Part shown: positions 8,443 through 16,803 of the stretch, piece after piece
Layout: each line of letters opens with the position of its first letter
How positions within the stretch are numbered: position 1 is the stretch's first letter
NCBI GenBank assembly: GCA_018303105.1
Contig: JAGVYU010000012.1
Location: forward strand, 1 to 48,112
Direction of reading: 5' to 3'
Source of the DNA: Candidatus Woesearchaeota archaeon
GTDB lineage: Archaea > Nanobdellota > Nanobdellia > Woesearchaeales > JAGVYU01
DNA: 48,112 nt
Notes under the pieces: model-generated
Seen by the model: only the letters and a program-made list of their open reading frames with translations
Databases searched by the model: none
What the model was told of the DNA's origin: nothing
Made by a program: the position numbers and the translations under genes

Positions 8443-9676
8443 TATCCATTCCCAGCTTTTTGAGTTTTGCATCGAACATCATATAGCCCCTCTGGATATG
8501 CTCAATTCCTGATATCATTGTCGTATTCTCCGCAGCGCTCGCTGCCAGAACAAGCGCGGCTCCTGCGCGCAGGTCAGTTGCGGTTACGTTCGCTCCGGAG
8601 AGAGATGCCCCTCCAGGAATATGTGCTGCGTCTCCTTTGACCGTTATCCCGGCGCCTAAGCGGTTTAACTCATTGATATATGCAAAACGCTCCGAAAATA
8701 CAGTATCCTTAACAACGCTTTTTCCCGCTGCCCGGGCAAGCGCAGCCGCTACGATAGGCTGAAGATCCGTTGGAAATCCAGGATACGGCTTTGCCATGAT
8801 ATGCTGCCCTGTTAACGCTCTGTCGCGATACGCCCGCATGACATTTTGTTTTATCTCCGTTCGAATCCCCAGCGCATGCGCGATCTTGATCGGTGTTGCA
8901 AGATGCTCAGGATTCACATTCTGGATTCGAATGTCATTTCCTTGCAGCATTCCTGCGAGGAGAAGAAACGTTCCCGCTTCAATTCTGTCTGGAATGACAC
9001 GCATCCGGACTCCTGACAGCCTGGACACTCCGCTTATTTTCATAGTTCGGTTTTCTACTCCGATATCGACCCCAGCCGCCCTGAGGAAATCGACGAGCTG
9101 CATCGTTTCCGGTTCAATCGACGCGTTAGAAAGTATAGTAGTTCCCTCCGCACACGCAGCTGCGAGAAGGGCCTGCTGTGTCGCCCCTACACTTACGTGA
9201 GGGAAATCAATGCACGCCCCTTTAAGTTTTTTCGCGGTGAGTTCATACTGTCCATGCCTCACGCGTATGACTGCGCCCATTCTTCGGAATACGAGTTCAT
9301 GCAGGTCTGTTGGCCTGGGTCCTAAGATACATCCACCGGGAATGGCGATCGTCGCACGTCCCATCGTGCTGAGCAGCACGGATGCGAAGAGGATAGACGC
9401 GCGGAGCTTTCCCATATGTTCGTACGTTGCTGCAGCTGATGTGAGTTTATTCGCAAAGATTCGGATATGATCCTGTTGTGTTTTGATAGAGACTCCCAGC
9501 TCCTGAGCGATGGAAATCATATTGTCAATATCAGTTAGCGAAGGAATATCCTCAAGTACGCATGGTTTCCGTGTTAATACTGCCGCGGCAATGAGGGGAA
9601 GCGCAGCGTTTTTAGAGCCTGAGATACTCACTGATCCCTGTAATCGTTTTCCGCCTCTGATTACAAAGTTAGCCAT
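8417..9676 (-). CDS. murA: UDP-N-acetylglucosamine 1-carboxyvinyltransferase
   Basis: GSKNAALP, LRASI, PGGCILGPRPTDLH (active-site Cys loop), SVGAT, DRIEAGT, YPGFPTDLQP, DLRAGAAL, IQRGY; start at MANFVIRGG. Confidence 0.96.
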   Translation of the reverse strand: MANFVIRGGKRLQGSVSISGSKNAALPLIAAAVLTRKPCVLEDIPSLTDIDNMISIAQELGVSIKTQQDHIRIFANKLTSAAATYEHMGKLRASILFASVLLSTMGRATIAIPGGCILGPRPTDLHELVFRRMGAVIRVRHGQYELTAKKLKGACIDFPHVSVGATQQALLAAACAEGTTILSNASIEPETMQLVDFLRAAGVDIGVENRTMKISGVSRLSGVRMRVIPDRIEAGTFLLLAGMLQGNDIRIQNVNPEHLATPIKIAHALGIRTEIKQNVMRAYRDRALTGQHIMAKPYPGFPTDLQPIVAAALARAAGKSVVKDTVFSERFAYINELNRLGAGITVKGDAAHIPGGASLSGANVTATDLRAGAALVLAASAAENTTMISGIEHIQRGYMMFDAKLKKLGMDITCRSQSQ

Positions 9677-10538
9677 ATGGAATAATCTCCACTTCAGGCT
9701 GCAACAGCACACCTGATTTCTTTTTTACGGTTTTTTGAATGTGGCGGATAAGCCATACAATGTCACGCGACGTGGCATTTCCCGTATTCACTATCCAGTT
9801 TGCGTGATGCTCGGACACTTTAGCTCCTCCTTTTTGAAACCCCTTTAATCCTGCTGCTTCAATAAGCTGCCATGCTTTCCTGCTCTTTGGATTAATAAAG
9901 GTAGATCCAGCACTGGGCTCACTGAGGGGTTGTGTTTGAGTTCGATAGATTAGGGTTTGTTTTATCGTCGCTTGAATAAAGGTGTTTGGCTTGCTCACGA
10001 GTTTAAATGTTGCCTCAACGATAATATGACCCCGCATTCCTCTATGATACGCAAATGAGAGTTTTGATTTGGGCAGTATTTTTGTCCCTTGAGGTGTAAG
10101 CACCGTCACACTCTCTAAGACATCACTCGTCTGCACGCCATATGCTCCCACATTATTTGCGACTGCTCCCCCGACGCTTGCCGGGATTCCTATTAATTTC
10201 TCCAAACCCGAGAGATTATGGGCTGCGCATTTCAAGATAAGGCTTGATAAGGGCAATCCAGCTCCGACGCGTACGCGCTTGCCAGAGAACGTGAGGGCCA
10301 TGAGCTTTTTGAGCGAGATCACGCATCCCTTATACCCCTTGTCGGAGAAGATAAGATTTGAACCTCTCCCCAGGATAACATAGCGTATGTGCTCCTTGCG
10401 CAGCCGTGCAATAAGAGATTGAAGTTCTTGAACATTCTCAGGCGTAGCAAAGTATGATGCTGGTCCTCCCACCTTCATGGTTGTGTGGTGTGATAAGGGT
10501 TCTTTTTCCCGGACATTACGGCTTTTTAGTGCGTGCAT
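9669..10538 (-). CDS. murB: UDP-N-acetylmuramate dehydrogenase
   Basis: LSHHTTMKVGGPA, LGRGSNL, GIPASVGGAVANNVGAYG, QP...PSAGSTF.NP, HANWIVN, LQPEV. Confidence 0.95.
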   Translation of the reverse strand: MHALKSRNVREKEPLSHHTTMKVGGPASYFATPENVQELQSLIARLRKEHIRYVILGRGSNLIFSDKGYKGCVISLKKLMALTFSGKRVRVGAGLPLSSLILKCAAHNLSGLEKLIGIPASVGGAVANNVGAYGVQTSDVLESVTVLTPQGTKILPKSKLSFAYHRGMRGHIIVEATFKLVSKPNTFIQATIKQTLIYRTQTQPLSEPSAGSTFINPKSRKAWQLIEAAGLKGFQKGGAKVSEHHANWIVNTGNATSRDIVWLIRHIQKTVKKKSGVLLQPEVEIIPYG

Positions 10539-11571
10539 GATCGTTCAGTATTGTTTTAACAATGAGGGGCGTTGGGTTGCCGGGTAGGCATGCTGCGCAT
10601 GCGTTGGACATCGCTCGTAACCTCTTCTGCGTAAGCAAGCGCAAGGTGGGAAGTAGCTCCTTATGAAGCCGTTGCGACGGAATCATGATAGCGGTTCCTT
10701 TATGCGCGGCGTACAGCGCATTATACAACTGGTGGTTGTCCTTCACGTGCGGATGCGGAACGATGATTGCGGGTTTTCGCGCTGCCCATAATTCAACAAG
10801 GCTTGTCGCTCCTGCCCTGCATAGAACAACGTCTGCAGCTGCGTAATAAGCGCTGAGGTCTGCCAAAAAGTCCCGTACAATCATTTGTTTATATGTACTG
10901 TATTTCGGAAGCAGGGGATCATAATATTTTTTTCCCGTGACGTGAATAATGAAGATGTGTTTCTTCTTTAATCGAGGGAGAATGCTGCATACTGCCTCAT
11001 TAATGTCCTTCGCTCCATTCGTGCCTCCAAATGCGAGGAGGACAAACGTGTGTCTGGGGATGCGGAGTTTCTTACGTGATCGTGCTTGGGAAAGATGGAA
11101 GAGATGGGATGCCACGGGATTTCCGCAGAGCATTGTTTTCGATTTGAAATATCGCTCTGGTCCTGGCAGGAATGCAATGTTCAATTTGGAAAACCTGCTC
11201 AGGAGCCGGTTTGCTCGTCCCGGCAGCGCGTTTTGCTCGAAGAGGTATACGGGAATGCGAAGCGATCGCGCAGCGAGCACCGCCGGAATAGTAAAGTATC
11301 CCCCCATGCTGAGGACAATCCCGATTTTTTTTTGTTTTAGAATGGTTCTCGCGTCAAGATACGCTTTCGATAGCTGCATGAGAAACCGAGGAGTTTCAAT
11401 AAGCGTATGCTTCGCTTCAAGATCAAGCAGGAAAGGGGTTCCGGACACATAAGGCTTCATGGCACGGTCCGTGAGATAAAAGACATTATGGCGCTTTCGC
11501 AGCGTCTGTGCGAGCACATTCCCCGGCTTGACATGGCCCAATGTTCCCCCCGCCACGATTGCAATGCGCAT
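10516..11571 (-). CDS. murG: Lipid I GlcNAc transferase (GT28)
   Basis: GGTLGHV, MGGY, EQNALPGRANR, GNP, FGGTNGA, RAGATSLVE, HQLYNA; start at MRIAIVAGG. Confidence 0.94.
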   Translation of the reverse strand: MRIAIVAGGTLGHVKPGNVLAQTLRKRHNVFYLTDRAMKPYVSGTPFLLDLEAKHTLIETPRFLMQLSKAYLDARTILKQKKIGIVLSMGGYFTIPAVLAARSLRIPVYLFEQNALPGRANRLLSRFSKLNIAFLPGPERYFKSKTMLCGNPVASHLFHLSQARSRKKLRIPRHTFVLLAFGGTNGAKDINEAVCSILPRLKKKHIFIIHVTGKKYYDPLLPKYSTYKQMIVRDFLADLSAYYAAADVVLCRAGATSLVELWAARKPAIIVPHPHVKDNHQLYNALYAAHKGTAIMIPSQRLHKELLPTLRLLTQKRLRAMSNACAACLPGNPTPLIVKTILNDHARTKKP

Positions 11572-11590
11572 GATATGATGACAGATCGCT

Positions 11591-11604
11591 GATTTATAAA
11601 GATA
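11591..11604 (-). promoter_or_regulatory. Archaeal TATA box upstream of murG-murB-murA
   Basis: Minus-strand CTTTATAAAT about 20-30 nt upstream of the murG ATG (11571), the same geometry as housekeeping genes in the window. Confidence 0.55.
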
Positions 11605-11696
11605 GTGGACCATAGCGGATCGAGATTGCGTAAACACTGGGCTATTTAAGAATGCGGTAAACTTATAAAACCAAGCTGTGTTTCTAAGGGGGACGT

Positions 11697-12044
11697 ATGA
11701 AAAAAACAGGCCCTGTTTTAACGGGAATAGGTGCGAGCGCTGGCATCGCGGAAGGATTCGTTAAGATCGTGGAGGGAATACGAGACATATCAAAATTTAA
11801 CGAGGGGGATATTTTGGTGACGGAAATCACTGAACCTTCGATGGTGATAATGATGAATAAGGCTGCGGCCATTGTAACAAATCTGGGTGGGATAACCTCT
11901 CATCCGGCTATACTTGCCCGTGAGCTCGGGATCCCCTGTGTTGTTGCAACCAAAACGGCTACGACCATGCTGAAGGAAGGAATGAAAGTTAAAGTTGACG
12001 GGACCAAGGGTGAGGTCTACATCGCTGAAGATGATAAAGAATAA
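11697..12044 (+). CDS. Stand-alone PEP-utilising enzyme phosphohistidine (swivel) domain protein
   Basis: GIGASAG.AEG, GDILV...TEP, GGITSHPAILARELGIPCVV, VKVDG.KG. Confidence 0.88.
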   Translation: MKKTGPVLTGIGASAGIAEGFVKIVEGIRDISKFNEGDILVTEITEPSMVIMMNKAAAIVTNLGGITSHPAILARELGIPCVVATKTATTMLKEGMKVKVDGTKGEVYIAEDDKE

Positions 12045-13131
12045 CCAGCAGCAGTATCCTGAATGGATAGATGAGTTTGCTAGATCGTTTCATCATGCCT
12101 TTAAAAAAATGGTTCCTACAAGCTGGGGTCCTGTTGACGGGTGGGCGCTGCTCTCGCATCTGAATGGCTCTTTTATAAGGAAACTTCATCAGTCGGTTAA
12201 GAAGGTAAAAGAAAAAGAGACCTCTATAAAAGAAGTTGCTGAGAGTTTTTCTTGCCCTTCAACACTACGTCTTGCTTTATATTTTCTCGCCCTTGAATAT
12301 CAGTTCCAAAGCGACAAGGATAAAAAGCAATTCAAAGAGATAATAGAGTTTTTTATTGATGTTCTTAAAGAGATGATCAGAGAAGATATTTTTGCATATG
12401 ATAGAAACATCACACATACCTCCGAGGAAATAAAAAATATCGTAAACAGTACTCCATGGATAAAAGCAGACATTCCCATGGCAAAGGAGGTTGGAAAATT
12501 ATATAGTAGCTTAGCTTCTTTGGTGTATGCAGAGTATAGGGATTTTTTCCCCCAAGATGCACATGATATTTATGGACCCTATGATGTATCGAGCAAATTC
12601 GGGAACGAAGCAATCCTCCTTATAAAGCACTTCATAAAAATTCGCCCTAAGGAAATATGGCCAGATCTCAAATCTTCCTATGATGATGTAAAAATATTTC
12701 AGGTGCTGAAGCACGTTAAATTCAGTTGTGAAGTTATTGGTATGCATTCTCTTTATGAAGGAGATATTGTGAGGAATACCGTTGCACTAGCAGTAAGGAT
12801 TAACAACAAATTCGTTGATGATATACGTGAGGTCGGGCGTGCTCATGAAGAGATTGCCAGAATCGCCACCGACCATTCACGGGTATATGGGGACATGTCC
12901 GAGGCAGAAGTAAAACTTAAGTTTTTGGAATGGTTATGCTACCAGTTCTTTGGATTCTTCCGGATAGCGAATGTTGACTGGCGTCCTACTCAGGAAATGA
13001 TGAGGAGTGTTAAAGATAAGCAAATTCCGAATAGATGTGAAATTAAAGAATTTCCATCATGGGAAGAATACCGCTCAAGTAAGAACTTTGAAATCTTCTG
13101 GTTAAAAGATTTGTACCATAACAGTCATTGA
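12031..13131 (+). CDS. Hypothetical protein coupled to the PEP-swivel gene
   Basis: Long ORF, ATG at 12031 overlapping the upstream gene end, visibly AT-richer than the flanking mur genes; no motif recognised. Confidence 0.7.
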   Translation: MIKNNQQQYPEWIDEFARSFHHAFKKMVPTSWGPVDGWALLSHLNGSFIRKLHQSVKKVKEKETSIKEVAESFSCPSTLRLALYFLALEYQFQSDKDKKQFKEIIEFFIDVLKEMIREDIFAYDRNITHTSEEIKNIVNSTPWIKADIPMAKEVGKLYSSLASLVYAEYRDFFPQDAHDIYGPYDVSSKFGNEAILLIKHFIKIRPKEIWPDLKSSYDDVKIFQVLKHVKFSCEVIGMHSLYEGDIVRNTVALAVRINNKFVDDIREVGRAHEEIARIATDHSRVYGDMSEAEVKLKFLEWLCYQFFGFFRIANVDWRPTQEMMRSVKDKQIPNRCEIKEFPSWEEYRSSKNFEIFWLKDLYHNSH

Positions 13132-13158
13132 AAAAAATGAAGAAAAAAAGGACACACG

Positions 13159-14049
13159 CTAGAGTGAAGCAACAACAAAAACAAGAGTTAAAGTGAGGGT
13201 GAATATCCAAGATGTGACTGCGATCGTCTGCTCCCCCCATCCAAGCCGGAGAAGCACATAGTGAAATGGCGCGATGGGGAAAAGAGTTCTCCCAAGAACC
13301 ATTCGGGAAAGGATTTGAACAATTGATGTTCCTCCTTCTATAACAATAAAAAGTCCAGCGATAAAAACGAAATATTTGAGCTTTGCGAAGATCGCAATCA
13401 TCGCGAGGAGTGATCCCAATAAGCTGGCCCCCGCGTCTCCCATGAACAATTTCGCGCGCGGAGCATTAAACACAAGAAAACCCGCGGTTGCTCCAATCAC
13501 TGCAAGGACAAATGGTACAAGAGCTGTTGACGCAATGGCCAGGAGTATGAAAAACAGGCCTGAGAGGATAATGATAAAGTTCCCCGCGGCCATGCCATCC
13601 AAACCGTCTGTAATGTTGAATGCGTTCACGAAAAATACGAGGAATAATCCGTTAAACAGGAGATATGGGATGCTTCTTGACGTGGTATAATAAAAAACGA
13701 TGCAGAACGCGACTGCGAGAATGAATTGAAGGATGAGTCGAGTTCTCCAGCGCAATCCCGTCGCGCTTCTCCGCGTGATCTTCAGGGCATCATCGGTTAC
13801 GCCTATCGCAAAAAAGAGTGTGGCAAAAACGAGGATGATAAAATAGTCTGACGTATAGAGGAAAGGTAGAGAGGCAACAAGCGCAAGCAATATGATGATG
13901 CCACCCATCGTCGGCGTTCCTTGTTTCTTCTTGAATGACTGTAAGAGCACGAATTCTTTAATTCCAATCTTGCGTGCAAGAGGAATATAGAAGAGTCCAA
14001 ACAGTACACAGAGGATTAGAGGTACAAAAAAGCTAAGCGCCATACTCAT
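13159..14049 (-). CDS. mraY: Phospho-N-acetylmuramoyl-pentapeptide transferase
   Basis: KKQGTPTMGG, G..DD, NAFNITDGLDG, FNAP.AKLFMGDAG, IEGGTSIVQ, FPIAPFHY; multi-TM. Confidence 0.9.
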   Translation of the reverse strand: MSMALSFFVPLILCVLFGLFYIPLARKIGIKEFVLLQSFKKKQGTPTMGGIIILLALVASLPFLYTSDYFIILVFATLFFAIGVTDDALKITRRSATGLRWRTRLILQFILAVAFCIVFYYTTSRSIPYLLFNGLFLVFFVNAFNITDGLDGMAAGNFIIILSGLFFILLAIASTALVPFVLAVIGATAGFLVFNAPRAKLFMGDAGASLLGSLLAMIAIFAKLKYFVFIAGLFIVIEGGTSIVQILSRMVLGRTLFPIAPFHYVLLRLGWGEQTIAVTSWIFTLTLTLVFVVASL

Positions 14050-14070
14050 GAACTGTAGCTCAGAATGCGG

Positions 14071-14080
14071 ATTTATAAGG
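14071..14080 (-). promoter_or_regulatory. TATA box upstream of mraY
   Basis: Minus-strand CCTTATAAAT about 22-31 nt upstream of the ATG at 14049. Confidence 0.45.
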
Positions 14081-15815
14081 TTTTGGGCACTTTCAGGAAG
14101 GGCGTGGGATCCACGGGGATTTTGTTCTTTCGTACCTCAAAATGGAGATGTGTGTAATCATAAACGGTTCCATCTGAGGGTACATTTCCTGTTCTTCCCA
14201 CATATCCAATGCACTCACCGACTCGCACAGTTCTTGGATGACCCTCGAAACTGTCCAAATGTGCGTACCAAAACTCAAAATGTCCGCGCGCGACAATAAC
14301 CGTGTTCCCATAAAGATCCGATATCTCGTGGCGCATACGTCCACGTGCCACGGAGTATACCGGGTCTTTCGCATCCGCAGGCAAATCAATCCCTGTATGA
14401 TAATCGCCGCCTCGTGCCGCCATATAGTATCCAATCGGACGTGGCACCACATGTGCAGCAAGTGGATATGCTTTCGTGTTTGAGTTGTGTTTAATTTGGC
14501 TTGCGAATGTGTCAAGCCCAACCATGCGCGACCCTTTGAGGAGGATAGCATCTCCTGGTTTTGTGTAGGAGAACAGCGCTTTGGTAAGGAGTTCTTTAGT
14601 TGCGCAGAGAGTATATTGGAGATTGCTCTTCCTGAGTACCTTGGCGGTAGTGCGAACATGTTCACCTAACAGAAAAATATGGTCGAATGGAGCTCTAGCA
14701 ATGATGCCTGCTGCTTCTTCATGTTTTTTCGCAGTCCATTTTCCAAGCTCGGCCATATCCCCAAATACAATTAACTTTCTTCTTTTTCTTGTGATCGCAA
14801 CAAACGCCCCTACCGCATTTGCGAGGGATGCGAGATTCGCGTTGTATGAGTCGTTGTAGATGAGCACGTCATTAACAAAGAAGACCTGAGACCTGCCCTG
14901 AAGAGGGAGATAATTGAGCATTGCGTTCTGGATATCCCGTGAGGAAATGGAAAACTGCGATGCAACTGCGATCGCTGCGAGTGTATTGAGCACGTTATGC
15001 GTTCCAGGCACGGGAATCCGCAGCGTAAAAGATTCTCCTGGAGTGTTCACGCGACCGTTCGTAGCTCCGTCTGGAAGTATCCGAATCGAATGAGCTCGAA
15101 TGTGTGCATCAGGGTGTATTCCAAACGTGACAACTTTTGTTTTTGCAAGCGCGTGCATGGCGTCATAATATGGAGAATCCCTATTGAGCACAATGATCGA
15201 ATGCTTGACTGTGTTCAAGTAGCGTATAAGCTCTGTTTTGGCTTCGAAAATCGCCTTCTGAGATCCAAAAGCGCCAATGTGCGCATCATGAATGTTTGTA
15301 ATAATCCCAATAGACGGTTTAGACATCCTGCACCGATGCATGATCTCTCCCTTCTTGGATACGCCTGCCTCCAGAACGGCGATATCATGGTGTGAGGTTA
15401 AGCGGCTCAATGTCAGGGGAAATCCCTGCTCACTATTGAAGTTTCCGGCGGTTTTCAGCACAGAATATTGTGTGCTGAGCATGAGCGCGAGCATTTCCTT
15501 CGTCGTTGTTTTCCCATTGCTGCCGGTTATAAACACAAGCGGTATGCGAGTACGGGCTCTTCGGAACGCTGCAACATCATCAATGGCTTCTTGAACACTG
15601 GCCACACGAATAATTCGCTTGTCCTTCGGAGCTTGTTTTTTGTTTGTAAAGATATATGCTGCTCCCCTCGTGAGCGCATCTTCAACATAGTCGTTTCCAT
15701 CAACATATCTCCCTTTAAACGCGCAAAAAATGTCTCCTTTTTTGATTAGTCTTGAATCTATCTGTAAACGTGCATGAAGGGCTGCAGTTTTTGAGAGACG
15801 GCTAAGCACGCTCAT
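14073..15815 (-). CDS. murF: MurF (D-Ala-D-Ala adding ligase) fused to a C-terminal M23 metallopeptidase
   Basis: IDSR, GRYVDG, ITGSNGKTTTKE, GNFNSEQGFP, EAG, NI..AHI, HN..N, NDSYNAN, GDMAELG, LLKGSR; then HTGIDL, YGN.V, YAHL, IGYVG.TGN, HLHFEV. Confidence 0.92.
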   Translation of the reverse strand: MSVLSRLSKTAALHARLQIDSRLIKKGDIFCAFKGRYVDGNDYVEDALTRGAAYIFTNKKQAPKDKRIIRVASVQEAIDDVAAFRRARTRIPLVFITGSNGKTTTKEMLALMLSTQYSVLKTAGNFNSEQGFPLTLSRLTSHHDIAVLEAGVSKKGEIMHRCRMSKPSIGIITNIHDAHIGAFGSQKAIFEAKTELIRYLNTVKHSIIVLNRDSPYYDAMHALAKTKVVTFGIHPDAHIRAHSIRILPDGATNGRVNTPGESFTLRIPVPGTHNVLNTLAAIAVASQFSISSRDIQNAMLNYLPLQGRSQVFFVNDVLIYNDSYNANLASLANAVGAFVAITRKRRKLIVFGDMAELGKWTAKKHEEAAGIIARAPFDHIFLLGEHVRTTAKVLRKSNLQYTLCATKELLTKALFSYTKPGDAILLKGSRMVGLDTFASQIKHNSNTKAYPLAAHVVPRPIGYYMAARGGDYHTGIDLPADAKDPVYSVARGRMRHEISDLYGNTVIVARGHFEFWYAHLDSFEGHPRTVRVGECIGYVGRTGNVPSDGTVYDYTHLHFEVRKNKIPVDPTPFLKVPKTL

Positions 15816-16803
15816 ATATGTACCGGGCGAGTTTCCTCACTTCTGGATTAAAGCTCAGCTTGAATTTTCCGTACCCTTGAATATTTGGTTTATGACCTAT
15901 GAGGGAGATAGGAAATAATCCCCACAGATTATACTCGGTATGCCCTAAAGTCTTGTAGTGTTGGATAATTCGCCATTGGAGCAGGTTATTTGCCGCAGTT
16001 TTGAACGCAACATCGTTGGAAGCGCCGTATACCCAGTTGATTTTTCGCTTGAATTTCCATATCCATGCTGCTGCGATAATCTCGGAATTGCGCCTCGCGA
16101 TCCACATATCTGCACCATCGTGCTCACGATACTTTAAAAATTTGTGCCTAAGAGCCTTGAAGGGTAAAACCTGTGCTCCCTTCGCATGCATACGTTTCTC
16201 ATAGAGAGCGTAGAAAGATATGAATGCATTATCGCTGTTATCAATGGCGATCGCCAGCGACTGTTTCTCCGCATAGCGTATAGCCGTTCTGCATTTTTTA
16301 TTAAAGGACATGAACAGAGAATCGAGTGGTTGCTGAAGATCTATGAGCGTTGTGATATCCTGTTGGTCTGTACATTGCCTCTTTCCACTGACAAGCGAAA
16401 TGGCATTGTCAGCATAGAGAATAATTTTCAGCGCTCGAGTTACGCGCGGCAACTTCATGATTTCCGTAAACATCATACGGCAAAGCGTTTTTCGGTGCCT
16501 TACTGAGTCAATAATCACAGGAGCATTTCCTGAACGCGTGCCAAACTCAATACCTGTGCTTAACCAGGGCACGCGAAACTTAAGGAGGCTTTTCAAAGGG
16601 TGCCCACGCTCGGCATAAACCTCGCCCACAAGGACGGCAATCGGCTGTCCATGCTCATACGCGCAGAGATACACACAAGGATGTCCAATGTCTTGCTGAG
16701 TCATGTAGTAGAGCGGCGTATGGAAAAAATTCGCGTCCTTGGAATGCGCAAGAACATATTCCCAATCCTCAATATTAACGTCTGTTCTGAACGTGGTGCT
16801 CAT
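15802..16803 (-). CDS. FemABX-like GNAT peptidyltransferase
   Basis: W...L......NFFHT, IDL...L..L...F.KK.R..IR.A.K, F..FY.LY, YGAS, ANNLLQW.II, YNLWG, FK.SF; start at MSTTF. Confidence 0.78.
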   Translation of the reverse strand: MSTTFRTDVNIEDWEYVLAHSKDANFFHTPLYYMTQQDIGHPCVYLCAYEHGQPIAVLVGEVYAERGHPLKSLLKFRVPWLSTGIEFGTRSGNAPVIIDSVRHRKTLCRMMFTEIMKLPRVTRALKIILYADNAISLVSGKRQCTDQQDITTLIDLQQPLDSLFMSFNKKCRTAIRYAEKQSLAIAIDNSDNAFISFYALYEKRMHAKGAQVLPFKALRHKFLKYREHDGADMWIARRNSEIIAAAWIWKFKRKINWVYGASNDVAFKTAANNLLQWRIIQHYKTLGHTEYNLWGLFPISLIGHKPNIQGYGKFKLSFNPEVRKLARYIYERA

